This document shows positions 26,709-40,853 of a DNA stretch of 64,000 nt, piece by piece. Each line of letters opens with the position of its first letter. Positions within the stretch are counted from its first letter, which is position 1. Under the pieces are notes generated by a model, which saw only the letters and a list, made by a program, of their open reading frames with translations, was not told the DNA's origin and made no database searches. The translations under genes were made by a program, and so were the position numbers. This stretch comes from the human T2T-CHM13v2.0 reference genome, Homo sapiens, in assembly GCF_009914755.1 (NCBI RefSeq), contig NC_060932.1. One strand, 5' to 3'.

Positions 26709-28489
26709 AAATGCACACATTTTCCCTAGGTCCCAATAAGTAAAGGGTAGCTGGGTGCACAAGGAAGTTGTTAGTTTCCATTATGTATGAGAGAGGGAGG
26801 TTCTTTTTTAAAAGACAAGACACTTATTATCAATCCTAGGACTGTCAGTTCTGTCTCCATGGCTGGTAACCTTGCCTCTAGGCATCTTTCCTAACTGTTG
26901 TTCACCTGGAATGTGTCCTTGCCAAATGGGACTACATTTGCTTTCTACACCCATCTTCCTCTGCCAAACAAGGATGCAGCTGCAATCAATAACAGTCTGC
27001 TTCCAACTTCTGATGTAGTGCAAGCTTCCAGATGATGAGGGTCTTCAAAATTCAAGTCCCATAAAGAAAAGTGAAAGCCCTAGCTGAGAATAAAGACTTC
27101 ACGTTGCTCAACCATCAGAAACCCTCACCTCTTCTGATTCCTTCTCTGGCTGTATTCCAGGATTACGGATATACCTGGAGCCAAGGGCAGCTAGACAGCG
27201 TGGCAGAGAAATGCACAAAGCAGCCCATGACTATCCACAGGGTGTTTAGGAAGATCACCTTGACTGCTGCTTGCTAGTAGCACCTTCCTATTACAATGAA
27301 TCTTGCCTATTTATTCTAATGAGTATTCTTTCCTCTTGTAAAAAGAAATTAGTGATTTTTTTTTTGTAGTTATCAAAGCAGGGGATGATGGGCATGGCCC
27401 AGTGGTGAGGTTGAAAGCAGCATTCAAGTGGACACCAGAGTTGAGACAGAATCTCCTGGCAACCAGGAGCTTGGGAAGAAGCTAGAAAGAGACAATTTCA
27501 CTCTCCCAAATGTCCAAAACATAGATGTGTTTTACAGAACAACCATTATAAGGAGCTTCCTCTCTTTATGTAAAGAGCTTTTCAATCAGATAATTTTTTT
27601 TCTCTGATATGATTGGTTATTTAGCCTCATGTTCATGTCTCTAATATCACATTTTGGTGAAAGATATCCTTTTTTAAATAATAATTTTAGCTGTCAGTCT
27701 TTTCAGTGGAGATGATACATTCTTACACCATCACATTAACAATTCAGACTGAGTCAACAACAGCTTGATGGGGCACCTGATTTTGCATAAAGAACACAAC
27801 ACATTGAACTCTCTGTTCCTTGCACAGGCGGAGGAATCTGTTCTTTTGTTTATCAACATTAGGTCATTCTGAGGTGCAGTACCAAGGGCTCCATTTTAGT
27901 AGCTCCTGAGACAGCCTGGAAATTAACTGGTCAATTAGACATACAGCCTGGATGTACCTCTAATTGACAATGAATACTTTTTGATACTATATCTGTTTAG
28001 GAGATTATCTACAAATTGCTTTAGGCATTGGATGGCTCCAAATGGTTATATGGACATCTGTTTTTGTTGGCCACGAACATGCTATTCACAATGACAATTT
28101 TATCATTAACTGAAATCATGGCTTCATCTACTATATTATTCTGAAAGTTTCTAACTTTCTTATAATGATCAGTGGGGAGTGTGTCTATGATATTTCTGTG
28201 GTGAAGGATTTCTAAAGAAATGTGTTCTTTTATTCATTCATTGAAAAGAACATATCTGTCCTTGATGTATATATGTACACTTTTCCTAAGAAACTCATTT
28301 AATACTGACCCTGGAGTAGCATAGAGGAATTGCTCTTCTCATCTGCATGCCTAGGCTCTGGCAATACAAAGCTTATTCTAGATATTCTCCTGATGAAGCA
28401 TCATGCATTTGTTTAATACTCAAAATAGATCCCAGAGAGCACCATCTGAGAGACCCACACTGAAGATTATGCTATAAATTATCTGATTA

Positions 28490-29225
28490 TTACTCCTCAA
28501 AACTGTCAAGGTCATCAAAACCGAGGAAAGTCTGAGAAACTGTCACAGTCTAGAGGAGGCTGTATTGGTTTGTTCTTGCATTGCTATAAAGAAATACCTG
28601 AGACTGGGTAATTGATAAAGAAAATACTTTTTATTGGCTCACATTGCCACAAGCTGTACAGGAAGCATGGCTGGGGAGGCCTCAGGGAGCTTTCACTCAT
28701 GGTGGAAGGCAAAGCCAGAGCAGGCATCTTCGTATGGCCGAAGCAAGAGAAAGAGAGAGGAGGTGCTACACACTTTTAAACAACCAGATCTCACGAGAAC
28801 TCTATCATGGGAACAGCATTAGGGGGATGGTGCTAAACCATTAGAAACCACCCCCATGATATAATCACCTCCCACCAAGCTCCACCTCCAGCACTGGGGA
28901 TTACACTTCCATATGAGATATGGTTTGGATTTGTGTTCCCACCCAAATCAGATGCTAAGGAGATATGATAACTCAATGAAATGTAATATTCTCGATGGGA
29001 TCCTGGGACATAAAAAAAGCATTAGGCAAAAACTAAATAAATTATGGAAATTTAGTGAGTAATAATATAGCAATATTTCATTAATCGCGATAAGTGTATC
29101 ACACTAATGTAAAATATTAACAATAGGGGAAACTGGGTTCAGAGTATATGGGAACTCTGTACTCTTATCTTTGCAACTTTTCTTTAAATCTAAAACTATG
29201 CTAATTTTTTAAAGTCTTGTTTTAA
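28490..29225 (+). mobile_element. L1MC/L1MD-type 3' end, interrupted by an MST LTR
   Basis: 'ctcctcaaaactgtcaaggtcatcaaaa..gaaagtctgagaaactgtcacag' resumes at 'taaggagatatgataact...gatgggatcctgg'. Confidence 0.75.
28561..28950 (-). mobile_element. MSTA-type MaLR solo LTR
   Basis: TG...CA termini; 'gcattgctataaagaaatacctgagactgggtaat'; 5-bp TSD GAGGC/GATGC. Confidence 0.9.
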
Positions 29226-29369
29226 AAACATTTTTCAAAAAGATGACATTGAGAAGGATTTTCCAGTTTGCTTCTGATGGGGACATTGGACTCCAGGTTA
29301 AAATCATTGAATCCAGGTGAAAATTATTGGGCTCCAGTTGAAAATTATTTGTTAGTCTCTAATTTTTGT

Positions 29370-29580
29370 GCAGTAGTTAAGAGTACAGATCTGGTCTTAA
29401 ATCATTTTGGACAGTTTGGTAATTTCTCTGAGGCTCTGCCTCCTTATCTGTAAAATGGGAGTAATGATGTCAATCTCACAGCTACCTCCAGAGAATCATA
29501 TGAAGTAAGGTTCAAAAATGCTACCACAGTGCCTACAAATAGGAAGTGTTCACAGAAATGGTAGCTGTTATTATAAATAA
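29370..29580 (+). mobile_element. MIR SINE
   Basis: 'gtagttaagagtacag...ctccttatctgtaaaatgggagtaatgat'. Confidence 0.65.
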
Positions 29581-31022
29581 TAATAAAGGAAATTTGGATT
29601 TTCCTATTGTTCAGCTCCCAGCTCCCAGTAGAAGATCTTAAAGAATAGCATTTCATTTTCTTGCCAACAGAGCTTCAGGGTTACAAGAAGCTGAGGCATG
29701 AGGATGTAAGGCATGGTCTGTGTTAACAAGGATAGCAGGTGGGATCTCAGTGAAGGGAGGAAAGTTGTTGAATGCAGAAGCCTCTGCTAAATTGAAATGG
29801 GAGAAATGGCTTAGAGCTGCATATAGATTAATCACAGATTATTACTTGGCTTAAATTTACGGGCACATTTCAGTGGCAAATTGGGGTGGTGGGAGCAGAA
29901 AGCAGAGAGAAGTGGCTAAATCAAGCTGCCCTTGCCTGTTCTTCATCAGGCATGTCCTTCCCTGCATGGTCTACTAATCATGGCATGGCTATCTACATGC
30001 TTGTAACTATGATGGGTCATTGATTTTCACATTCAGTTTGATGCTTGCCTTGTGGTTTGTGATTTGAAAATCTATTCTACTCAGAAGGAAGCTACAAATG
30101 ACCATCAAACATAACAAATCTTGAACTCTAACTACCCAGAAAACAACAGTCTCTTAAATTGATGACCTAATAGTCAAGGACATTTTGTTTTCTGTTTCCA
30201 GAGCTCTGAGAAACATCAACTGTATTAAAGGAAGAGCGGACACACCTTCCATTTTTCTAATCAATTGACAAATGTAAGTTCTTCCTGCAAACGTTTTGCC
30301 TACTTCCTCCAAAAGTCTTAGGAGGGACAAAATTACCTTAACATACTCATTACAAGGTGATTACTTGTTTAGATTAGAACACTACATATGATGATTGGCT
30401 TGTTGCACATCCAAATGGTAGATTGTATCAATAGCCATATGAAAATCAGTTCCTGTAAGCATTATTTCAAAGGATGGGTCAAAGCCAATGGGTATCTAAC
30501 AATCTACTTCTCCTCACTTTTCCATTGTTAACTGGTAGAGAGGCTCAGTAATTGGCCACTTCAAGAAAAGGTGTCACCGGAGTTCACAAAACCTACTCAG
30601 AAATAGCATTACATTGATCAATCTTCAGTTCAAGCTCATTCCAGTAAAAGCATCACAGGAATATAAGTGACCCTTACAAATAGGCTAGGAAGAAAATCAG
30701 AATATTTCCCAGCTAATGAAACTGATTTTAAAATCCACCAAAAAATGCTGCAAAGCAATATTCTTCCTTTAGAGTAAATTAGAGGGCAGCTGATTCTATA
30801 AGAACACAAGCGCAGTAGTGATACAAGATGGTGTCAACTTCTCAATTAGAATGAGTTAGAAGGCTTATAGGTGATAATCCATTTTAACAAGCATCCATCA
30901 AAACAGAACTCACCATCTCATAAAAAGATTCCCAAGCTCCAACTCATGTCCAATTATTTTAAGTCATCATCCATTCAAGAAAATTTCAGGACAGTGAAAG
31001 AGCCTATGATACCCACTGAGGG

Positions 31023-32936
31023 TTTTTTTTTTTTAAATTATACTTTAAGTTTGGGGATACATGTGCAGAACATGCAGGTTTGTTACATAGGTATACATGT
31101 GTCATGGTGGTTTGCTGCACCCATCAACCCATCATCTACATTAGATATTTCTCCTAATGATATCCCTTCCTACCCTTCCCCACCCCCCCGGAGGCCCCAG
31201 TGTGTGACATTCCCCTCCCTGTGTCCATGTGTTCTCATTGTTCAGCTCCCACTTATGAGTGAGAACATGCAGTGTTTGGTTTTCTGTTCCTGTGTCAGTT
31301 TGCTGAGAATGATGGTTTCCAGCTTCAACTACGTCCCTGCAAAGGACATGAACTCAACCCTTTTTATGGCTGCATAGTATTCCACAGGGTATTTGTGCCA
31401 CATTTTCTTTATCCAGTCTATCACTGATGAGCATTTGGGTTGGTTCCAAATCTTTGCTATTATGAATAGTGCTGCAATAAACATACATGTTCATGTGTCT
31501 TTAAAACAGAATGATTTATATTCCTTTGGGTATATACCTAGTAATGGGATTGCTGGGTAAATGGTATTTCTGGTTCTAGATCCTTGAGGAATCACCACAC
31601 TGTCTTCCACAATGGTTGAACTAATTTACACTCTCACCAACAGTGTAAAGGCATTCCTATTTCTCCACATCCTCTCCAGCATCTGTTGTTTTCTGACTTT
31701 TTAATGATAGCCATTCTAACTTGTGTGAGATGGTATCTCATTGTGGTTTTGATTTGCATTTCTCTAATGACCAGTGATGGTGAGCTTTTTTTCATATGTT
31801 TGTTGGCCACGTAAATGTCTTCTTTGAAAATCTGTCTGTTCATATCCTTCATCCACATTTTGATGGGGCTGTTTGTTTTTTTCTTGTAAATTAGTTTCAG
31901 TTCTTTGCAGATTCTGGATATTAGCCCTTTGTCAGATGGATAGATTGCAAAAATTTTCTTACATTCTATAGGTTGCCTGTTCACACTGATGCTAGTTTCT
32001 TTTGCTGTGCAGAAGCTCTTTAGTTTAATTAGATCCCATTTGTCCATTTTGGCTTTTGTTGCCATTGCTTTTGGTGTTTTAGCCATGAAGTCTTTGCCCA
32101 TGCCTATGTTCTAAATGGTATTGCCTAGGTTTTCTTCTAGGGTTTTTATGGTTTTAGGTCTTATGTTTAAGTCTTTAATCCATTTTGACTTAATTTTTGT
32201 ATAAGGAGTTAAGGAAGGGGTCCAGTTTCAGTTTTCTGCATATGGCTAGCTAGTTTTCCCAGCACCATTTATTAAATAGGGAATCCTTTCCCCATTGCTT
32301 GTTTTTGTCAGGTTTGTCCAAGATCAGATGGTTGTAGATGTGTGGTGTTATAACCCCATCACCTCAGCCCCAAATCTCCTTAAGCTGATAAGCAACTTTA
32401 GCAAAGTCTGAGGGTACAAAATCAATGTGCAGAAATCACAAGCATTCCTATACACTAATAATAGACAAAGAGAGCCAAATCGTGAGTGAACTCCCATTCA
32501 CAATTACTTCAAAGAAAATAAAATACCTAGAAATACAACTTACAAAGGATGTGAAGTACCTCTTCAAGGAGAATTACAAACCACAGCTCAAGGAAAAAAA
32601 GAGGACACAAACAAATGGAAAAACATTCCATGATCATGGATAGGAAGAATCAATATCGTGAAAATGGCCATACTGCCCAAAGTAATTTATAGATTCAATG
32701 CTATCCCCATCAAGCTACCATTGACTTTCTTCACAGAATTAGAAAAAACTATTTTAAATTTCATATGTAACCAAAAAAGAGCCTATATAGCCAAGACAAT
32801 CCTACGCAAAAAGAACAAAGCTGGAGGCATCACACTGCCTCACTTCAAACTATACTGCAAGGCTACAGTAACCAAAACAGCATGACACTGGTACCAAAAC
32901 AGATATATAGACAAATGGAACAGAACAGAGGCCTCA
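31023..32936 (-). mobile_element. L1PA (about PA7/8) 5'-truncated, 5'-inverted insertion: 31023-32351 on -, 32352-32936 on +
   Basis: The minus segment encodes the ORF2 C-terminal remnant ([18 protein letters not shown]...); the plus segment encodes upstream ORF2 ([19 protein letters not shown]...). The two ends nearly abut in the recalled L1 consensus. Confidence 0.95.
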
Positions 32937-33179
32937 TGGGGTGTTTTATCAAAGACTACAAAATGAAAAGAGGAGTTGATTTGAACAACGAAGATTTTCA
33001 AACATATTTCAGAAACATAGGTATTACATGAAGTGAAATATACCTCGTGAAGTTGCTGCTTAGAAGGGGATGACCTTCTCTTTCCCCTGAACTCTTTCTA
33101 GGTTGCCTTCTCTCATTGCTTTGAGAAAGGAATCAGATGGGGAAACGAGTAATAACTGCCAAGTTGTTCTCAATAAGTT

Positions 33180-33420
33180 CTAGCCTCACAGTTCCTTACA
33201 GCCTGGGTACTATGGCAATATTCTTTACCTCTCTGTAGCTCAGTTTGTTCATCCTTAAAATGGGCAGCATAAGTAGTACGTAACCTAACTCTTGAATTCT
33301 AACTACCTAGAAAACAGCCTCTTAAACTGATGACCTGATAGTCAAGGGGTATGGGTTTTAGTGTGGATTCTATGAGTTAATGTATGCAAAGTCATTCAAT
33401 GAGCACTTGCTATCATTGTT
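33180..33420 (+). mobile_element. MIR SINE interrupted by a ~60-bp insert (about 33287-33349)
   Basis: 'ctcagtttgttcatccttaaaatggg...agtacgtaacct' [insert] 'tatgggttttagtgtggattctatgagttaatgtatgcaaag'. Confidence 0.7.
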
Positions 33421-33599
33421 ATTACAATTGTTGCTCAAGCTGGAAAAGAGGTGATGATGACAAAAAAAAGAAAGCATTATTTAGGTAGTGAGATATTGGG
33501 GATGATGGAGAGTTTCCTCCAAAATATCAGCTTCACTCAATGGCAACAGTAGACACTCCAGGCTTAGGCCTGGCAGTATAGCATTCCCTAGTCTTCTAA

Positions 33600-34085
33600 A
33601 GCCAACAATTGATTCAGTGATAGACACTTAACTTAAGTTACTCCCATGAAGTGCCAATTTAAAAGGGCAGAGGCTTCACCTGCTTTGCTCTTTGCTCTGT
33701 TTCCTGCCACCCATTTGAAGAATGTTCAATGAATTTGGGACTTAAGAAAAAAAATTCCCTTTCCACTGGGCTTGCCCAACTAATAGAACAAAAGCCTTGA
33801 GCTACTGACAGCCATTTATTTTACTCTTATGAAAGGAGCGCCTGTTTGAGAATGAAGCCAAACCAGAGGACAAAAGAGCCAAGAGAAAAAAGTTAGGTTC
33901 CTGAAGATGTTTGAGCACCTGGTTACAGCTGTGCCTGAAGGAAACATACTCTTGATCCTACTAGGTAAGGGAGAAATAAAATCAATCTCTTCCTCTCTGT
34001 GTTGTTGTTTTTTATTGTTATTGTTGTTCTTTTTAAATCCATTTGAGTAGGGTTTCTGTAACTTGTGACTCACAGAGTCTTGACT
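33600..34085 (+). mobile_element. Old ERVL/MaLR LTR (LTR33/MLT1-like)
   Basis: 3' motif 'tttgagcacctggttacagctgtgcctgaag...ccatttgagtagggtttctgtaacttg'. Confidence 0.5.
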
Positions 34086-35655
34086 TTACTGTCCCTATGC
34101 TTGGGTTTACTCAAACAACTATAGGTTAGATTAAATCGAGAAGCAGAGGACACAATCCCAAGGAAGATGGAGATAGGATAGGATATAGAAGAGACAAGTG
34201 AGATTCCCCAGAGCCCTGCTTTAGATGGAGTCAAGAGACTCCACCTTTTCCTGTCCTAACAGAAACCTCAAGCAGGGGGCGGGGGGAATCTCACTCCCTA
34301 TTGTTTCTACCACAGTTCTTGTGGTCAGGATGCTTTCTAGATAATCTGATCCTACTGGGACTATAGAGGATTGGAGAAAGAAGAACCCAGAGCTCCCAAG
34401 TTTACCTGGTCTGGAAGTCTTCACACATTAAAATTTTCATTTAATTTCCTGAAAAGTTGATATATTGGAAACACACATTTGTTTCATAGTTACACCCTTG
34501 TGAAAAGCTTTTAATTTAATTAATTTATTTTTTAACTAAGCTTCTCCTTTTGAACTACCCTCAGCCACTTCCACTTTAGTGGGAGGAAAACCTCTCAGTC
34601 CAAATCACTGAAGATAAGGACAGCATCTTGTTTGTGTTTTAATTCCTGTTCGGCAGAGTACCAGGAAGCATGCAAGAGCCTCCTTTAATCAATTCCTGCC
34701 GTGGCCAAGCCAGACATATTTCATCTTCTGGTTGGACCCTCAGGGCTGAATTTGCAAAGAATGCATTCTAAGCCATTAAGCCAATAAATGAACCTATATT
34801 CAAAAAAGACTGTTTAAGTAGTTAGTTTAGTTACTTATAGGGGATTTAAAGGTATAAAATCACTGGCTTAGGAATGGACAGGCTGCAGATCAGAGCTTAT
34901 CTCCCACTTGGCTGAGCTGTCATGGAGGAAGCTGGCAGCCACTCAGAACAGACAGTCACCCGACCAGTCGCTGTCACCATTTGCAACTAGAGGCACACAC
35001 ACAAAAAGATGACCATATGGCACCTGCCTCAACAACAACTGTATCTAAGTAGACACTGAAGTTGTATGTCCTTTAGCTGTCATGAAGTTGAATTTCAACA
35101 GAAAGTGAGTGGTAGTTAAACAATTTCTGCCAGAAAGATTAAAATTGAAAGGCTTAATTTCATCCCTATCTTGTATAAACAGTACAAATGTCTTCTCTTT
35201 ATCACGGTCAAATCTTCCCAACTCTACATTAATTATGATCCAATTAACAAATGGAACATGATAGCCTATCTTCTCCCTTGCAGTTTGTAAGAAAAATCAG
35301 GATTTCTTAACTTGGCTTTCTCTTGGCTCACATTGTACATCTGTCTCCTAAAGATCTTGGGTAAATTTAAGCTTTTATTCATAAATTTACTCCCATACAA
35401 AAGTCATGTTTAATGAGCATGTTTCTCACACAGTTGCAATCCATATTAATGTATACCTCTCTTTAATGTTTTCCAAAATGTGATCCATAGAAAACTAGTC
35501 TTACAGGTCCCCCCCATCCAAAAAAAGAGGATACTCCATGGTAAAATAAGTTTGGGAAACATCAGATCATCAGATGTCACATTCTCCAGTCTGAGATTCA
35601 CAATGCATGACACTGCATGCAAAAGACTCTGAGAAGTTATGTAGAAAACAAAACA

Positions 35656-36389
35656 TTTTCTTCCAGGGTTTTTATAGTTTGGAGTTTTACATTTAGGTTT
35701 TTAATCCATCTTGAGTTAATTTTTGTATGAAGTGTAAGGAAAGGGTCTAGTTTCAATTTTCTGCATATGGCTAACCAGTTCTCCCAGCATCATTTATTAA
35801 ATAGGCAATCCTTTCCTCATTGCTTGTTTTTGTCAGGTTTGTTTAAGATCAGATGATTGTAGATGTGCGGTTCTTATTTCTGAGTTCTCTATGCAACAAA
35901 GTTGCACATCCTACACATGTACCCCAGAACTTAAAATTAAAATTAAAATTAAAAAAATAAATTTACATATCCCTAATTACTAAAAAATAAAAGAAAGAAA
36001 GAAATTGTGGTAGATATACCATGGAATATTATTCAGCCATAAAAAAGAAATGAAATAATAACATTTGTAGGAACCTGGATGGAATTGGAGACTATTATTC
36101 CAAGTGAAGTAACTGAGGAATGGAAAACCAAACACTGGATGCTGTCACTCATAAGTGGAAGCTAAGCTATGAGGATGCAAAGGTGTAAGAATAATATAAT
36201 GGACTTTGGGAACTCACGGGTAAGGGCGGAAGTGGGGTGAAGGATAAAAGACTACGAATTTGGTACAGTGTATACTGCTTGGGTGATGGGTGCACTAAAA
36301 TCTCATAAGTCACCACTGAAGAACGTATTCATATAAAAAAACACCACGTGTTCCCCCAAAAACCTATGGAAATAAAACATTTTTAAAAT
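35656..36389 (+). mobile_element. Composite L1: inverted L1PA ORF2 piece (35656-35892, -), L1PA 3' tail (35893-~35960, +), short spacer, L1PB1-like 3' end (~35995-36389, +)
   Basis: Each segment matches recalled L1 consensus; GAAAACAAAACA flanks the whole unit at 35644-35655 and 36390-36401. Confidence 0.8.
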
Positions 36390-36457
36390 GAAAACAAAAC
36401 AAAACAAAAAACCTGTTTAACTGTCTTTCATCCAGTATTTAAAGAATCAATTTGTCT

Positions 36458-36680
<223 letters not shown>

Positions 36681-38321
36681 GGAAACTTTTCTTCATAGAC
36701 CTCTGTTAACAGTCTACAAAGCCAGCAGCTTGGGGAACTAAGTGTGGATCTAGCTTCAGAGACAAACACTAGACCTTCATTTATGTCCAGAGCTGAGGAA
36801 AGACAATTTTTAGTATGTATTAATGGTGTGTGTATGTGTGTTTATGCTTAAGATAATATTCTATTTGTTTAATTAATTCCCTTGGCTTTACTCAGAAGTG
36901 TTTCGGGATGGGAAAATGACAGGTCATCACGGTTTTCTGGTCTGAAGTCCAGGATTTTGCTAAGATATTTTAAATGCACATCTTGATTAGACAATATTTT
37001 AATAGTGGTGAAAATGCAAATAGTAATAGAGTTCATGAAAGTTCATATCATTGATTTTATTCTGTCACCTAGACAGAATCTGGGGTGGGCTTCCTGGAAG
37101 CCTAAGTCTAAGTCTAACTTTAACTTAAGTGCTCCCTACCTCCCAGCCAAACTAGCACCTCCTCCATCCCCATTTGCTATCCTCCTTAGTCTGTGATCCT
37201 GGCTTTGACAGAGAGGCAAGCAGGCAATAGGCCAAAGCTGGGAAGGCAGGAAAACCTGTACTGAAGGACAAGTGGAAACAACTTGGGAGGGGTGGAATTA
37301 AAGCTCCTATGCTGCTCTCCACATGCTTCCCAGTCTCAAGTACCTCACCCAGGAGAGTCATTAAATCACTTAATTAAATTACTCAATTAAAGGGGCCAAG
37401 CAATACCTCTGAGGGGAAAATACTACATTTGGATTCTTAAGATATTTCTGATGCTAAAAACTTTAAATGTTTTATATGTGTTTTATACATAGATATACAT
37501 ATGTAAAATTACTTATATTCTAAAAAGATGCCTGTGCCATTGAATGAGGATGTTAGCACCCTCATTTGACCAATGAGATCACAAAGTTTGCACAATGAGT
37601 CAATTACCCCAGGTTACAAAAAGAATCACCAGGAAGAGTGGGCCTCCCAATTATTTCTTCTTACCCAGTATATTGAATTCTGTTGTCACATGAGAATTAA
37701 AGATGTACACTTGGCTTGTGACCACATTCTTATTTGCTAGTATATGAAATATTGTTAGATGTATATCTTCTTTAAATATGTCCTCCTTTTCTCTTGCTCC
37801 TCATCCCCCATCTCAAACTGTCAAGTGATTGTGTATTTCTGAAATAATTAATGTCCATAGAGTACCTGAAATTCTAAGGACATTTTATGTAACAGCAAAA
37901 TAAATAAATAAAAACCACCATATAAAGCAGAAGAAATTCAATCTACTTGTTTTGTCTACAAATGTCAAACAACCAAACACCTGGTTTGATTGATTTTTTA
38001 AATTGTGCTGATTGAGTTGACTGGTGGTTGTCATGTAGCAAACATGCAACTTAATCCTTCCTTTTCCTAAAAGTGGCTTTGTGTTCAGCATCAAACCCCA
38101 TTATCACTGATTATTAAGATGTCCACATTATGAAATATTTTAGTTGGAAATAAGTCACTTCATTGTATTAAGTGGCAACTATGTGTTCATTAGGCAGCTT
38201 TTTGTTTGTTTTTTAGTAGAGCCTCTACATAGCATTGTGAAAAAGAGCAAAGTCAAACAGACATGGCCTGCATCTTAAGAATTCTAGAAAGGAGGATGAA
38301 CCTTATGTGCAACTGTCATTA

Positions 38322-38727
<406 letters not shown>

Positions 38728-39109
38728 ATATAGAACGAATTTGAACAAATCCAAAAGGAAGGAAAGAGTATAAGCAAAATTACAGAGGCAGCAACATCAC
38801 TGTCTGTTTTGGTATGGCCAAGGTGTGATAGCTGAGGGTGGGCACTTTGGAGAGTTAGCTTATGGCCAGCTCACAGTGGACTTAGATGCTTGGCTACAAA
38901 GACAGAACCTCACAAGGTGTGCACAGAGGGTTTGTTATCTCACAGCCCTCTCAGAGGGATAGAGCAGAGTGGCCAAGAGCAGGGGCTCAAACCCTAGCCC
39001 CCTTGCTTCCTGGGAAGATTATTTAATCCCTCCCAAGCTTAAGTTGCCTCATCTGAAAAATGAAGAAAATAGCTCTTTCCTCCTGGGTCTGATGCAAGTT
39101 AGGTAAGTG

Positions 39110-39660
39110 TATTCATTTATGCACAAGTGTTTATTGAGCACCTATTATTTTCCAGGCACTCTTCCAAGAATTGACAATACAGCTGTGATGAAAAAAGGCA
39201 AACTTCTTAGGGGGGTTACATTCTAATGGAGGAGACAGATGGGACACTAGATAAATTAAGCTTCATGATCATGATGAGTGCTATGAAGAAAAAATAAACC
39301 AGGAAAGGAAGATTGAAAGCAACAGGTTGATATTGGCCAGAGAAGACCTCACTGAGAAAGTGACTTGTGAGTAAAGACTTTTGGGTGTGTAATGATAAAT
39401 ATCTGTTGTCAAAACATTCCAGGCAAAGGAAGAAACACATGCAAAGGTCCTGGGGCAGGAGTGTGGCTGGAGCAGAGTAAGAGGTAAGTCCATATAAGTT
39501 ACAGTGGGTTGGGGCTAGGGCTGGTGAGAGATGAAGGTCATGTAGGTCCTTTGACGTTCAGAATAAGGACTTCGCCTGTTACTTTCAGTGATACAGGCAG
39601 CTATTGAAGCTCTTCAGGAAAAGGGTGACGTGATTTTTACTTTAACAGGATCCTTCAGGC
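39110..39660 (-). mobile_element. L2 LINE 3' portion
   Basis: 'attcatttatgcacaagtgtttattgagcacctatt...ccaggcact...caaaggtcctggggcagga'. Confidence 0.75.
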
Positions 39661-40522
39661 TGTTCAATGATGCATATAACGTGCTTAGCACGGGCTGGGG
39701 ATATGGTATGGCCTCAATAAATGTTAGCTATTATCCTTGTGTTTTTTTAGTGTTGGCATGACAGGGTCTGGGGGATACCAGGATGTCTAATACTATCTAG
39801 GATCCGCAGGATACTGGAGTCTGTTCGAACCCTCTTCCCAGTCCTATTTTAGAAGTAAGACTTGCATGACTGTGACAAATGGGCTGCTCACTTCCATGAA
39901 GGGATCAGACAGATCTGGCTGTTGGCTATGCTTTTCTTGTGATAATGTGCCCTGCAATTGCTAGGTGAGGTGATTGCACGTGTACATATCAGGCTATTGT
40001 TAAGCTGCCCTGCGCAGACGTGGTTAAAGTGTGAAGGCAGGAATTGGCCAGGAAAACAGTTTTCTGGAAGTGCCAGAAGCTTCTGGATGCTGCACTGGGT
40101 TATTCCCAAGCCAGCTGATGACATCCTGTCATTGCAAACAGCCCCACAGTACTGAAAGCCCCAGAGTTACCTGGGGGTTGGGAAGTGGAAGCTTCTAGTG
40201 TGTGTTAAAGACCTATTTGTTCCTCCCTTGTTCTCAGGAACTAATGATCATATAGTCAGTATAAAATAATAGTAACTATAACATAGGTAAGGGTACGCTC
40301 CATCCACTGAGAGTCACTTTCAAACACAGCCAGTTAAGCATAAATTGATAAAAACTTTTATGAAAGGTAATTTGGGTAATAGTTATCAAAATTCTTCATA
40401 AAACCCATACCCATTTACCTAGTAATTCCACATGTGGACAAAAATATAGTTGTGAAGTGATAGATGCATGTAAAAAAGTAACTTAAAATATATACTCTGG
40501 TTCTCAACTACTTAAGACATAG

Positions 40523-40853
<331 letters not shown>

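Noticed and set aside
31634-32101. 155-aa ORF on the - strand, with ORFs 30871-31377, 32425-32643 and 32658-32885
   Set aside because: These are fragments of LINE-1 ORF2 and 3' UTR within a truncated, inverted L1PA, not a host gene.
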